This document shows positions 10,349 through 21,900 of a DNA stretch of 64,000 nt, one piece after another. The position numbers were made by a program, and so were the translations under genes. Origin of the DNA: Rebecca billardiae RCC1528. Its lineage: Eukaryota > Protista > Haptophyta. How positions within the stretch are numbered: position 1 is the stretch's first letter; each line of letters starts with the position of its first letter. The stretch covers positions 1,178,001 through 1,242,000 of the forward strand of contig OZ251237.1 in NCBI GenBank assembly GCA_965240325.2, in the 5' to 3' direction. The notes under the pieces are model-generated. The model saw only the letters and a program-made list of their open reading frames with translations, had not been told where the DNA came from and made no database searches.

Positions 10349-13300
10349 TCAGCCGAGGCCGGCGACGGAGACGTACTGGCCGTCCGTATGAGGTTCTCGC
10401 GTGCGCGACTTGCGCATGCTGCCGCTGCCAACACCGCCACCGCCGCCGCGGGGAGGCTTGGGCCGGCCGGCGTTGGCGGAGGAGAAGACGTTCTTGAAGG
10501 CCGTGAGCAGCCGGCTGTGCAGCTTGGGCGGCGCGCCGCTCGCCGACGAAGCGTGCGCGCTGCCGCGGCGTCGCCGCTCCGACGAGGGCGGCGCGCCGCC
10601 GCCCGGCGTCGGCCGAGCGGGCAGGCTGAGCCTGCGCACCTGCGCGGCCGACGGGCTCGCAGGGGCGCGCTCGTCGGCGTCCGCCTCCGTCGCGGCTGCG
10701 TCGAGCGAGGCAGAGACGGCGCCAGCGCCGCATGGGCTCAGGGCGCGCGCGACCGCGCTCGAGCTCGGCGCCGCCGCCGACCGTTCCAGCTGCGCGCGCG
10801 CTGCAGCCGGCACGCGCGGCGGCGTGGGTGCCGCCTCCGCCGCCGCCGCCGCTGCGGCCGCTGCGCGCGGCGGCGGCCCCGGCTGCTCGCGCACCGGCGT
10901 GGATGCGGTGGAGTCGAGGGCCTGGCCAGCCTCTGCCTCGGCGGGCGGCGGCGCGCCGTCCGAGGTCCGCTCTGCGCTCTCAGAGCTGTGCTCGCGCGCC
11001 GACGCCGCGCCCAGGGCGGACGGCGGCGCCAGCGGCGGCGCCGACAGGCTTCCTGGCTGCGGCTGTGGCTGTGGCTGTGGCGGCGCACCTGCCGCGCCCA
11101 CGGCCGCGTGTGGCTCGACGCTCGCAGGCGGCACGTGGGCGGCGGCGCGCGGCGGAGACACGCGGGTCTCCGCCACACTCTGCGCAGCACCACTCGACTG
11201 CTCGGCGACTGCGGCGGAGCCGCCGCCGCTCGCGGCCGCGCGCGCCTTGAGCGACGTCAGCTGGCGCGCCGCGGCCGTGCGCACGCGCGCCGGCTGCGTC
11301 AGCTCGGTCGGAGGCGCGCCCGTGCGCGCGCTATCGGGCGAAAGCTGCGGATGGCAGTGAGGCGGAGCGCCGTCGGCGCGAGCGGGCGCGGCGGTGAGCG
11401 GCCGCTGCGCGGCGCGCGGGACGATCAGCGGCGGCGTCGCGCCCGGTGGGAGCGTCGTCGTCGTTCGCACCGACGGCTGAGCCGCCGTCGCCTCTGCGGC
11501 CGCTGCCCCGGAGCCGGGCGCGCGCGCCGCGCCTTCGGGGTGAGCTGCGTCCTCCAGCGCTCGCGCGGGCGATACCGGCTGCGAGCCGCTGGCGAGGCTC
11601 GCGGCGGAGGACGTGGCGGCGGAGGCGAGAGCGCCCGCGCCGATGGCGGCGTCGAGCGCACCGCCGGCGGACGCGGCGGCAGCGCTCGCGGGCGAGGGCG
11701 AGCGCGGCGGCGCGCCCGCGGTCGCGCGCAGCGAGGCGTGCTGCTCGGCGCGCTTGAGACGCCACTCTCTCAGCATGGCCGCCGGGTCGTCCGGCGCGGC
11801 GCCGAGGCGCGAGGGGGAGGCGGGGGACGAGCCGGGCGGCATGTTCGCGGCGACGTTGGCGCGCGACGTGCCGCCGAGCCTGCCGCCGCCGCCACCAGCG
11901 CCGGGCGTGGCGGCGGCGGCACCCTCTGCGCGCGTGCTCGCCCCGCGCGCCGGCGGCGACGCGGGTGGCGGCTGGCCATCAATGGCGGCCGCGGCGGCCT
12001 CGGCGACGGCGGCGGCCTCCGCCGCGGCCGCTGCGGCGCTCGCCGCCTCGCGCGCCGCCGCCGCCGCGTAGATCTCCTCGAGTGCGCGCACGTCGTCCGC
12101 GCACGCGCAACCCAGCACGCGCGCGCCGCCGACGCGCGCGCGCGCACCCAGGTGCGCGGCCTCGCTCAGCGCGCGCGCGCACGCGCCGAGCGCGGCGCGG
12201 ACGAGGTTGAGGTCGTTCGTGTCTTCGATCTTAATGCGCATGAGCTGGCGGAGCGCGCGGGCGTCCGCCGCGCGGCGCGACGCCTCGGCGGGCGGGTCCG
12301 CGCCACGCGCGCACGCCGCGCGCACGATGGCGGCGGCGCTCGTGGCCGCCGCGACCGAGCGGCTGAGCAGCTGCTGCGGCGGCGCGGGCGGCGCGCCGGG
12401 CGGCGGCGCGGGCGGTGTTGCATCGAACGCGCCGCCGAAGGCGCCGGCGAAGCCGTCGTCACGCGCCGGCTCGGGCGCTGCGGCGGGGTCGGTCGCCTCG
12501 TACGCGCACAGCGCGACGAAGACGCCGCCCTCCAGCTCCTCCGCCGCCTCCGCCGCCCCCGGCAGCCACGCGAGCAGCCCCTGCGCGGCCGCGCACGCGC
12601 GCGCGGCCGCGTCCACGTCCGCGTCGGTGCCGAGAGGCGCGCGCAGCAGCGACTGAGCCTCGTGCGCCTCGCGGCAGAGCGCGGCGAGCTTGGACGAGAC
12701 GGACGGGCTCGGCGGGGCCGACGGCGCGGGGAGCGGGGCGGCGTGCGCGGCGTGCGCGTCCGCGGCGGCGGCAGACGGCGGCGGCGGCGAGGGCGACGGA
12801 TCGCGCGACGGTCGCGGCGGCGTGCGCGACGCGAGGCGCGGCGAGGGCGCTTCGCCGGCGGCAGGCCCGTCAGTGCGCTGGCGCGTGGAGCGCGGCTGCG
12901 CGGCGGGCGCGGCGGGCGCGGGCAGCGATGGCCGGCGCTGCGCGTGCGGGGCCGCCGCGTCTGCCGCGCCGCCCAACGCGCCGCTCTCGCCCGCCCCGCC
13001 GCCCGCCACCGGCCTGCTCGAGCCAGGCGGTAGGCTGGCCGCATGGCCGCGGCCGCGCGGCTGTGCCAGGGCAGGCTTGGGCACGGGCGGCGCGCGCTGC
13101 GCGGCGGCGGCGCGGCTCGGCGGAGCCGGCGGCGCGTCGGCATGCTCGGCAGCAGCGGCGCTCCTCGCGCCGCTCGCCGCCGTGTGCTGCGCGCCGTGCG
13201 CCGCAGCCGTCGCGGGCCGCGCCGGCACGCCGCCCGCCGCGCCCGCGCCGCGCGGCCGCTTGGCCACACCGTGCGCCCTCGGCGCGGGCAGCTTGGAAGT

Positions 13301-15466
13301 GGGCGTGGCCGGCGGCGCGGCGGCGGCAGCGTCCTCGGCCGGGGCGTCGGCGTCGGCGTGCACGGCGCCGCCCGGCGGCGCGTGACTCGGCGGGTTGGGC
13401 TGCACGCCGCTGTACCGCGAGAACACCGCGCGCCGCCGCTGCACCAGCTGCGCGCGCCGCGCCGCCGCGGCCGTGCGCTCATCCTCCGCCGCGAGCCGAG
13501 CGACCGCCTCCCGAGTTCGGCGCCGCGTCGCGACCGCGTTCGCGCGCCGCGCCTGCTCGCGGCGCTGCTTGGTCTGCTGCTCCGAGTCGCGGCGGTCGAC
13601 GCCGCCCGCGCTCGGGCTGGCGGTGGGCGCCACGCCCGCCGCCGGCGCAGGCGGCGCGGCCGAGCCGACCGCGTGCGCCGCCGCCGCCGCATGCGCCCGG
13701 CGCGACTGGGGCACGGATCCGCTCGGCTGAGCGCTCGCGCCGTGGCCGCGCGCGCCGCCGCGCGGGCTCGGGAGCGGCCGCGGGCTCCGCGGGCTGGGCG
13801 CGTCGCGCGCGGCACGCGCGGCGCGCGGGCTCTGCAGGGGCGAGGCCTGGACGATCGGGCCGGGCGGCGGCGCCGCCGCCGGCTCGTGGGCGGGCTCCTG
13901 CGGCGGTGCGCGCGCGCGCGCCGTGCGCGCGCCGCCCGGCTGTCGCAGGCTCGGGGACTGCGAGGCCGTGACCACCACCGTCGGCGGCGGCAGGGCCGCT
14001 CCGGTGGGGGCGGCGGCGGCGGCGAGGCCGCGGCTCCGCGCGCCGGGCGATTCGAGCCCTCCGTCGGCGCCCGCCGCGCCGTGCCCGCCGCCCGCCGCGC
14101 CGTGCGCCGCCTCGGCCTCCGCCCGCGCCCTGAGCGCTCGCTCGATGGCAAGAGCCGTGTCAAACGCGCCGCCGCCCGCGTCCGCGCGCGCGTCCGCCTC
14201 GTGCGCGCCGAGGTCGGCGATGCCGATGGCGGCGGCCGCCGCGCGCGCGCGCGCGCGCGCGTTCGCGTCGGACGGCTGCGGCGTCGCGCTCAGCGTCAGC
14301 CCGCCGCCGAGGTACTCGACGCCGGCGGCGGCGCCGATCGCACCGCCACCGGCGCCGGCGCGAGGCGTGGCGATGCCAGCACCCTCGACGCTCAGCGGCT
14401 GCGTCGACGGGGCCGGCGCGGCGGCGGCTCGCGGCGTGCCGCGCGGCGTGCCACGTGGCGTGCCGCGCACGCCCATGCCGCCCTCGCCGGGATGGCTCGC
14501 GCCGCCGCGGCCGCCACCGCCCGCGGCCGCGGCGGCCGCGGCTGCGGCTCCGGCCGCGCCGCGCTCGGCGGCGCGGCTGTTGGCGTGCGCGGCCGCCTCC
14601 ACGGCGAGCTCGTGCACGTACGGGCGGAGGAGCGGGCGCGACAGCACCTCGCCAACGGTGGGCCTGTCCTCGGGGCGCAGCGCGAGCAGGCTGCGCACCA
14701 GCTCGCGCACCTCCGCCGAGCAGTGCTTCGGAAGTGGCCGGAAAGTTCCCTTTGAGATTAGCAGCATCAGCTGCGCGTAGCCTCCAGCCTCGAACGGCCG
14801 GCGCAGGGCGCAGAGCTCGTACAGCACGACGCCGAGGGCCCACACGTCGCACTTCGCGTCGTACGGCTCCGCGTTGCACAGCTCGGGCGCCATGTAGTAC
14901 GGCGTGCCCACCTGCGTCGTCGCCATCTCAAGGCCGCCGCTGCCGGCCGAGCCGCCGAGGCCGACGCCCTCCAGCACGCGCGCGATGCCGAAGTCGCCGA
15001 GCTTGGCGCGGCGGCGGTCGGCGCTGACGAAGACATTGCGCGCCTTCACGTCGCGGTGCAGCACGCGCCGGTCGTGGCAGTGCTTCAGCGCGAGCGCGAG
15101 CTGCGCGAAGATGCGCATCGCGTCGGGCTCGGCGAGCGGCGCGCCGCGCACGCGCTGCCGGTGGATGAGGTCGGCGAGGTCGCCGCCGTCGGCGTACTCG
15201 AGCACGATGTGCAGCGTCTCGTTCGGCTCGTCGAACACCGCCTCGTGCAGCCCGATGATGTGCGCGTGCGGCGTGAGCGAGCGGTGCGTCGCGACCTCGC
15301 GGTCGAGCGCCGCGCGCTCGTCCGGGTCCAGCGTACGCAGATCGACCGCCTTGTCGGCGTAGTAGGCGTTGTCCGCCTCGGCCTGGACGAGAGTGACGCG
15401 TGCAGAGGCACCCGTGCCGAGCACGCGCACCGCGCGATAGCCCGGCGGCGCCGCGCCTCCCGCCAT
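10349..15466 (-). CDS. NEK: NIMA-related (NEK) Ser/Thr protein kinase with long Ala/Pro-rich C-terminal tail
   Basis: LGTGASARV, LHIVLEYADGGDL, VLHRDVKARNVF, KLGDFGIAR, TQVGTPYYMAPELC, CDVWALG; introns in the low-complexity tail cannot be excluded. Confidence 0.9.
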   Translation of the reverse strand: MAGGAAPPGYRAVRVLGTGASARVTLVQAEADNAYYADKAVDLRTLDPDERAALDREVATHRSLTPHAHIIGLHEAVFDEPNETLHIVLEYADGGDLADLIHRQRVRGAPLAEPDAMRIFAQLALALKHCHDRRVLHRDVKARNVFVSADRRRAKLGDFGIARVLEGVGLGGSAGSGGLEMATTQVGTPYYMAPELCNAEPYDAKCDVWALGVVLYELCALRRPFEAGGYAQLMLLISKGTFRPLPKHCSAEVRELVRSLLALRPEDRPTVGEVLSRPLLRPYVHELAVEAAAHANSRAAERGAAGAAAAAAAAAGGGGRGGASHPGEGGMGVRGTPRGTPRGTPRAAAAPAPSTQPLSVEGAGIATPRAGAGGGAIGAAAGVEYLGGGLTLSATPQPSDANARARARAAAAAIGIADLGAHEADARADAGGGAFDTALAIERALRARAEAEAAHGAAGGGHGAAGADGGLESPGARSRGLAAAAAPTGAALPPPTVVVTASQSPSLRQPGGARTARARAPPQEPAHEPAAAPPPGPIVQASPLQSPRAARAARDAPSPRSPRPLPSPRGGARGHGASAQPSGSVPQSRRAHAAAAAHAVGSAAPPAPAAGVAPTASPSAGGVDRRDSEQQTKQRREQARRANAVATRRRTREAVARLAAEDERTAAAARRAQLVQRRRAVFSRYSGVQPNPPSHAPPGGAVHADADAPAEDAAAAAPPATPTSKLPAPRAHGVAKRPRGAGAAGGVPARPATAAAHGAQHTAASGARSAAAAEHADAPPAPPSRAAAAQRAPPVPKPALAQPRGRGHAASLPPGSSRPVAGGGAGESGALGGAADAAAPHAQRRPSLPAPAAPAAQPRSTRQRTDGPAAGEAPSPRLASRTPPRPSRDPSPSPPPPSAAAADAHAAHAAPLPAPSAPPSPSVSSKLAALCREAHEAQSLLRAPLGTDADVDAAARACAAAQGLLAWLPGAAEAAEELEGGVFVALCAYEATDPAAAPEPARDDGFAGAFGGAFDATPPAPPPGAPPAPPQQLLSRSVAAATSAAAIVRAACARGADPPAEASRRAADARALRQLMRIKIEDTNDLNLVRAALGACARALSEAAHLGARARVGGARVLGCACADDVRALEEIYAAAAAREAASAAAAAAEAAAVAEAAAAAIDGQPPPASPPARGASTRAEGAAAATPGAGGGGGRLGGTSRANVAANMPPGSSPASPSRLGAAPDDPAAMLREWRLKRAEQHASLRATAGAPPRSPSPASAAAASAGGALDAAIGAGALASAATSSAASLASGSQPVSPARALEDAAHPEGAARAPGSGAAAAEATAAQPSVRTTTTLPPGATPPLIVPRAAQRPLTAAPARADGAPPHCHPQLSPDSARTGAPPTELTQPARVRTAAARQLTSLKARAAASGGGSAAVAEQSSGAAQSVAETRVSPPRAAAHVPPASVEPHAAVGAAGAPPQPQPQPQPGSLSAPPLAPPSALGAASAREHSSESAERTSDGAPPPAEAEAGQALDSTASTPVREQPGPPPRAAAAAAAAAEAAPTPPRVPAAARAQLERSAAAPSSSAVARALSPCGAGAVSASLDAAATEADADERAPASPSAAQVRRLSLPARPTPGGGAPPSSERRRRGSAHASSASGAPPKLHSRLLTAFKNVFSSANAGRPKPPRGGGGGVGSGSMRKSRTREPHTDGQYVSVAGLG

Positions 15467-16121
15467 GGGCTCTCGGGCGCGCCCCTCGCGTGCGTGCCTC
15501 GGCAGCAGCAAGCCGCCTTTGGCGGAGGTCACCGTCTAGCTTCCGTTGTGCTCGGCCGAAAAAACGCTCGCGCGGCCGGGGCGTCCACGAAAAGCTATTT
15601 CCGGCCGGAAAATTCCGAACGAGCCGAAATCTGCCGAACAGCGGCCCGGACTTGCGAGCGCCCGGGTAAATTGGCGGGAGGCGCGGGCCGGCCGAAGATG
15701 CCGCCGTGTAAAGATCCCGGCCTTCATCAACATACGTACGATAGAGCCAAGGGCGGTAGATAGAGCAAATGACCGAGGGAAGGCGACCAAACATTCGAGC
15801 GACGAATGGAAAGCCAGTAAAAAACGACCGGTCCAAGACTCCAGAGCAGCTGGCGGTTGTGCGCCTCGCCCGGAGTGCCTCGTGCCACGGGTATGCTTGA
15901 TTCGCATCCACGTGCCCCGCTCCAAGCCTCCGTCCGACGCTTTTCGGCATGATTCGGGCCGCGCGAGCGGTGCTGCTTTGCGCGCGTGCCTTGGACGTGC
16001 GTCTTGGGTCGTCGGTCGCCGCTTGGACGCCCGCCACGAGGCCACCCGGCGCCGCTAGGCGCCGCACCAGCCAGGGCCAACGCGCACCCGACGCGCTCCC
16101 GCCGGCGCCTCGCGCGCCAAG

Positions 16122-17211
16122 ATGGACATGCAGCCGCCCCTCGCGCAGGAGGAGATGAGAATACGCGAGGCGGCTGACGCCGACGCTGCGGCGCCCGCCG
16201 GCGTCCAGAGCCGCTCGGCCGGCGCGGCGCCGCCGCCGCCCTCGCTGGCGAGCACTCGCTCGCCGCGGCGCACGGCTGGGTCGGCTGGATCGGCGGCCAA
16301 CCCCACGCCGGCCCCACCCAGCACGCGCACCCCGCGCGCCGCCGCCGCCAAGGCGCGCGCCGCGGCGCTGGCGGCGATGGGCAAGGCGTCGCGGACGCCC
16401 ACCGCCGCCGCCGCCACCGCGCCCGCGCCCGAGCCGGCGGCAGCGGCGGCAGGCGAGGCGCCGGCCGCCGAGCCGCCGAGCTCGACACCTGCCCGCCCGG
16501 CACCCAGCGCCGCGCCCAAGGCGGACCTGCCCGAGGAGGTCACCCCGTCTCAGAGCCCTGTCGGCGCGAAGGCGCTCCCTCCGCCTCCGCTGCCGCCGTC
16601 GACGGTCGTGCCGACGCCCGCGGCGCACGAGGCGGTGGCGACGCACGCGGCGGCGCACGAGGCGAGTGCCGTCGAGCCGTTGGCAAGTGCAGCCGCCGCA
16701 CCGCCGCACACGCCGGCCGACGTCGCGCCGGAGACGGCCACGGCGACGGAGGCGGCGGCAGCGGCGGCGGCAGCAGCCGCCGAGGCCGCCGCCGCCGCCG
16801 CCGCCGCCGCCACCGCGACCGCGGCTGCGACCGCGGCAGTTGTTCCCGAGGGCCTCGCATCGGCGCATGCAGAGGCGCCGCTCTCGCTGCCGCCACCGGT
16901 CGCGCCGACCACCACGCCGCCAACGGCGTTCTCGCTCGCGCCGCCGGACGCATCTGCCGCCCCGCACGCTGCCACCCTGCAGCAGCCGGAGGCAGCACAG
17001 CCGCAGCCGGCGCCGCAGCCGGCGCCACCGCAGCCGGCCACGGAGCAGCCGGCTGCGTCGGCTGCGCAGCCGACGGACGTCACGGCGCCGACGACTGCTC
17101 CTGTGCTGCAGCCGGAGGCCGTGGCTGCGGCGGCGCAGCCGGCGCCGACGCACCCAGCCTCGACGCAGCCAGCGGCAATTGTGCCGTCGCTGCCACCGCC
17201 GCCGCCCCCGG

Positions 17212-17247
<36 letters not shown>

Positions 17248-18942
17248 CGGCGGCGGTGGACGCACCTCCAGCGCCTGCTGCACACGCCGTGGCGGTGAGC
17301 GCAGCGCCGCCGCCGACGACGCCCGCTGATCCGCCGGCCGCGCCTGCGGGGCTGGCGCCGCCGACACTAGCGCCGACGGCGCTGACTGAGCCGCCGCCGC
17401 CGCCGCCGCCGCCGCAGCTGGCGCCGCATGTGCAGCCGGGTGCGGCCGCGCCCGACGCGCAGCCGGCGCAGCCGGCGCAGCCTGCGCCGCAGGCGCAGCC
17501 GGACGCGCCGGACGCGCAGCCGCCCGTGCCGCCCGCGCCGCCCACGGCGGCGCCCTGCGCAAGCGCCGCCCAGTCGGCAGTTGTCCCGAGCTCGGCGGCG
17601 GAGGGCGCGCATGCGACGGCGCACCCACCGGCGGCGCCGGCGTACCAGCAGCCTGCGCCGGCTCCTGTTGTCGCAGCGCAGGGCTCGGATGACGCCGCCG
17701 CCGCGGCGGCGGTGGCCGCCGCCGCCGCTGCTGCCGCCGCTGCTGCCGCCGCTGCTGCCGCCGCTGCCGTCCCGGCTGCAGCCACGGCGGCCGAGCTCAG
17801 CTCAGCAGGCGGCGCGGTGGCGGCGCCGAGCGCGAGCGCCGCAGCGGCGGTGGAGGGCGGAGCGGCTATGACGGTGCCCGCCGCGGTGCCCGCCGCGGTG
17901 CCCGCCGCGGTGCCCGCCGCGGTGCCCGCCGCGGTGCCCGCCGCGGTGCCCGCCGCGGTGCCCGCCGCGGTGCCCGCCGCGGTGCCGCCACCCTCTGAGC
18001 CAGCCGCGGCGCTCCCAGCCGCGCCCGCGCCGCCGACCGCGACTGCGGCGGCCGCGCAGCCGGTGCCACTTGTCGCGGCGGCGGCGGAGGCCGCGCAGCC
18101 GGTGCCACTTGTCGCAGCGGCGGAGGCCGCGCCGCCGCTGCTCGCGGCCGACGGCGCGGCGCAAGTCTCCGCTGCGCTGCATCCTGCTCACGCGGCGGCT
18201 GCTGAGCCCACGGCGGACTCGGCGGCAGCCGACGCTGCCGCCGCGGCGCACGCAGCCGCGGTGGCGCAGGCGGCACAGGCGGCCGCCGCTGCCGCCGAGG
18301 CGCATGCTGCTGCGCACGCCGCGGCGGCCGCCGCCGCCGCTGCGGCCGCCGCCGAGGCGGCGGCGCAGGGCGGCGAGGGCGCTGCGCCGCTTGACCCGGC
18401 GGCTGCGGCGGTGGTGCCGCCCGTGCCGCAGCCCGTGGCCGAGCAGCCGGCGGCGCCCGCTGGCGATGCGCACGCCGCCGCGGCTGCCGCCGCGCACTAC
18501 GCGGCCGCGGCGCAGCCGCATCCGCCGGCTGCGCAGCCGCAGCCGGCGGCCCCACACCCGCCGGCCGCGCTCGAGATCGCATCTCCCACGCCGCAGATTG
18601 CATCTCCGCCCTCCGCGCTCGAGGTGCTCACGGCGAGCTCGCCCGCGCTCCACGCGGTGTCGGCAGACCCCGCCAAGCTGTGCTCCGCGATGCTACAGTC
18701 GGCGTACGCGCGTCGGCTCGCGGAGGAGCGGGAGGCGGCGGCGCGGCGCGCGGCGGAGGCGGCGGCCGCGCACGCAGCGGCGCACGCGGCCGCAGCCGCA
18801 GCGCAGGCGGCCGCTGCGGCTGCAGCCGCAGCTGCGGCGACGGCGGCGGCGCCGGCGGAGGCGACGGCGCCGGCGGAGGCAGCGGCCGGCGTGGCTGCGG
18901 CCGGAGCGCCCGCGGCCGCAGTGACAGCGGCTGCTGCCGAGC

Positions 18943-18994
<52 letters not shown>

Positions 18995-21900
18995 GGTGCC
19001 GGAAGAGGCCACGCCATCGGCCTCGCCCGCCGCGCCGAGCGCGCCGGTGACGCCGGCGGCGCCGCCCGCGCCGTCCTTCTCCGAGCCCGCCGACCTCGCG
19101 CTCGCGCGCGCGCGCGAGCGCGAGGCTCTCGAGTACGGCGAGAAGCTGACGGCCGGCCTCGTGCTGCACGCGGTGGCGTGCGCGGACGGCGCGTGCCCCG
19201 TGCCGCGCTGCGCGAACATGAAGCGTGCGCACGAGCGCGCGACCGAGCACGCGCGCTCGGAGTGCCAGGCCAGGGCCCAGGGCCGGCTGTGCGTGCGGTG
19301 CAAGACACACGGGCTGCTGGCTGTGTTGCATTCGAAGCACTGCCGCGACCCCTACTGCCAGCTCGCGTACTGCGAGGCGCCCAAGCGGCCGCCGCCGCCG
19401 CCCAAGCCGGCGACGCCGCCGCCGCCCGCCGCGGCGGCGCCCGCCGCCGAGCACTCGCCGCCCGCCGCCGCCGCGCCCTCGCCGGCGAAGCAGCCCTCGG
19501 GCTCGGCCAAGCTGCCGCCCGCGCCCAAGCCGCCGCCGACGGAGGAGGAGATCGCGGCGCGGCGCGCCGCCGCTGCCAAGGCGCGCGCGGCGAAGGCGGC
19601 GAAGGCGGCGAAGGCGAAGGCGGAGGCCGCCGCCGCGCGCGCGCTCGCAGCGGGCGCGCCCGGCGCCGACGTGCCCGCGGACGCGGACGCGGACGCGGAC
19701 GGCGGCGCGGAGGGCGGCGGCGCGGAGGGCGGCAAGGGCACGCCCAAGCCTAAGCGGAGGCGCTCGAAGGGCGCGAAGCGCGGCGCGACCGCCGGCTCGC
19801 CCGCCGCCGCGGACGACGACGCCGAGGGCGACGACGGCGACGATGGCACCCCGCTCGGAGGCGGCGGCGGCGGCGGCGGCGGCGGCAAGGGCGCCAAGGG
19901 GCGCTCTGGCGGCGGCAAGCGCGCGCGCGCGGCCGCGGACGGCGACAGCGGCGGCGAGGGCGGCGAGGGCAAGGGCGGCAAGCGCTCGCGGCGGCCGAGC
20001 GACGGCGTCGGCGGCAAGGGCGGCAAGGGCAAGGGCGGCAAGGGCAGGGCCGCCGCCGACGCGGACGCTGAGGGCGAGGGCGGCAGCGGCGGCCGCAAGC
20101 GCTCGCGCGGCGGCGGCGCGGCCACGGCTGGCGCCGCCGGCTCGGGCTCAGCTGGCGGCGGCGCCGACGGCGCCGACGGCGTTGACGCGGACCACGACGT
20201 GTTCGAGATCGGCCAGCTCGTCGAGGTGCAGCGCGGCTCGATGCCGGGCGAGGCCCTGCCCGCCTCGCCCGCCGCCGCCGCCGCCGCCGCCTCCTCCGCC
20301 GGACCCTCCGCCCCCTCTGGCACCGTGCTTGCGGTCGTGGAAGCGATCCACGAGCAGAAACGGCGGCGGCGCACGTACAGCGTGCGGCTCGTGCACGGCG
20401 CGACGGGCGGCGGCGGCGGCGGCGGCGCCGCCGCGCGCGCCGCCGCGCCCGCCGCCGCCGACGCCGCCTCCTCCACCGAGCCGATCTCGGCTGCGATCTC
20501 GCCGGCCGCGCCCGCCGCGGGTGGCGAGCTGCTGCGGCGGCTGCCGGCGCGGTGCTTCCGCTCGGTGTGCACGACGTGCAAGACGCACCGCCTCGCGTTC
20601 AAGAAGCCGAAGCTCTTCTGCGACGAGTGCCTCTCCGTCATCCAGACGAAGGCGCGCTTCTGGGAGGCGTTCTCGAAGAGCGACGACGCTGGCGACGGCA
20701 ACGGCTCGAGCGGCGGCGGCGGCGACGGCGACGGCGAGGGCAAGGCGACGACTCACGTTCTGAGGCTGTGCGGCCTGTGCTACGCCAACTGCAAGCGCGG
20801 CGCGCTCACCGAGGTGCTCGGCCGCCCGCTGCGCGCGCTCTCGTTCGTCGAGCGCCACATTCGCGACAGGCCAGACCCCGTCGATGACTGGGTGCAGTGC
20901 GGAGGTGCGCGCGCGCGCCGCGCGCGCGCGCCGGCGCCGGCCGCCGAGCTGCGGGCGGGCGCGCGCACCGCCCACCGCGCGCGCCCGGGCTGCTGCGCTG
21001 CGCTGCGCTGCGCCGCCCACCGCGCGCGCCGCCGTGCACGGGCGCGCGCGTCGCTGAGCGCCGCGCGCGCCGCCGCCGCGCCTCCTCTCTCCGCGCGCGC
21101 GCAGGCTGCGGCGCGTGGAACCACTGGGTGTGCGCGCTCTTTGGGACGGTGGGAGTGCCCTCGTCTGCGCAGTGGTACTGCGCATGCTGCGTGCGCACCC
21201 GCGGGCTCAGCCCGCACCCGCGGCTGCAGGCGCCCTCCGCCTCGGCGCTGCCGCACTGCGCGCTCTCGCACAGCTGCGAGGCGGCCGTCCGCGCCGAGCT
21301 CGACAAGCGCCGCGTGCGCGCGCGCCCGGTGCACGTGCGGCTCGTCTCGAAGCTCGACGACTCGTTTGAGACGCCGCCGGAGCTGCTGCCGCACGGCTTT
21401 CTGCCCGAGGTGCCTTTCACGTCCAAGTGCCTCGTGGCGTTCCAGGAGGGCACGGGCGACGGCAGCGCCGAGCGCGCGGACGCCGAGGGCGGCGGCGCCA
21501 CGACCGGCGGCGGCGGCGGCGGCGGCTGTGCGAGCCGCACGGACATTCTCTTCTTCGCCATGTACGTGCAGGAGTACGATGAGCGCGCCGGGCCGGGCGC
21601 CGCGGGCCGCGTGTCCGTGTCGTATATCGACAGCGTGCGCCACTTCGAGTCGAGCCCCGCGGGGCACCGCTCCACCGTGTACCACGCGCTGATCAACGCG
21701 TACCTGGACGACGCGCGGCGGCGCGGGTACACGCACGCGCACATCTGGGTGTCGCCGCCCAAGCCGGGCGACGACTTCATCTTCCACTGCCACCCAGAGG
21801 AGATGTACAAGCGCATGGGGCTGCTCAAGCTCAAGGCCTGGTGTGCGCAGCGCTGCGCGTGCGTGCGTGCGCGCGGCCGTGCGGTCGTGCGTGTGTGCGC

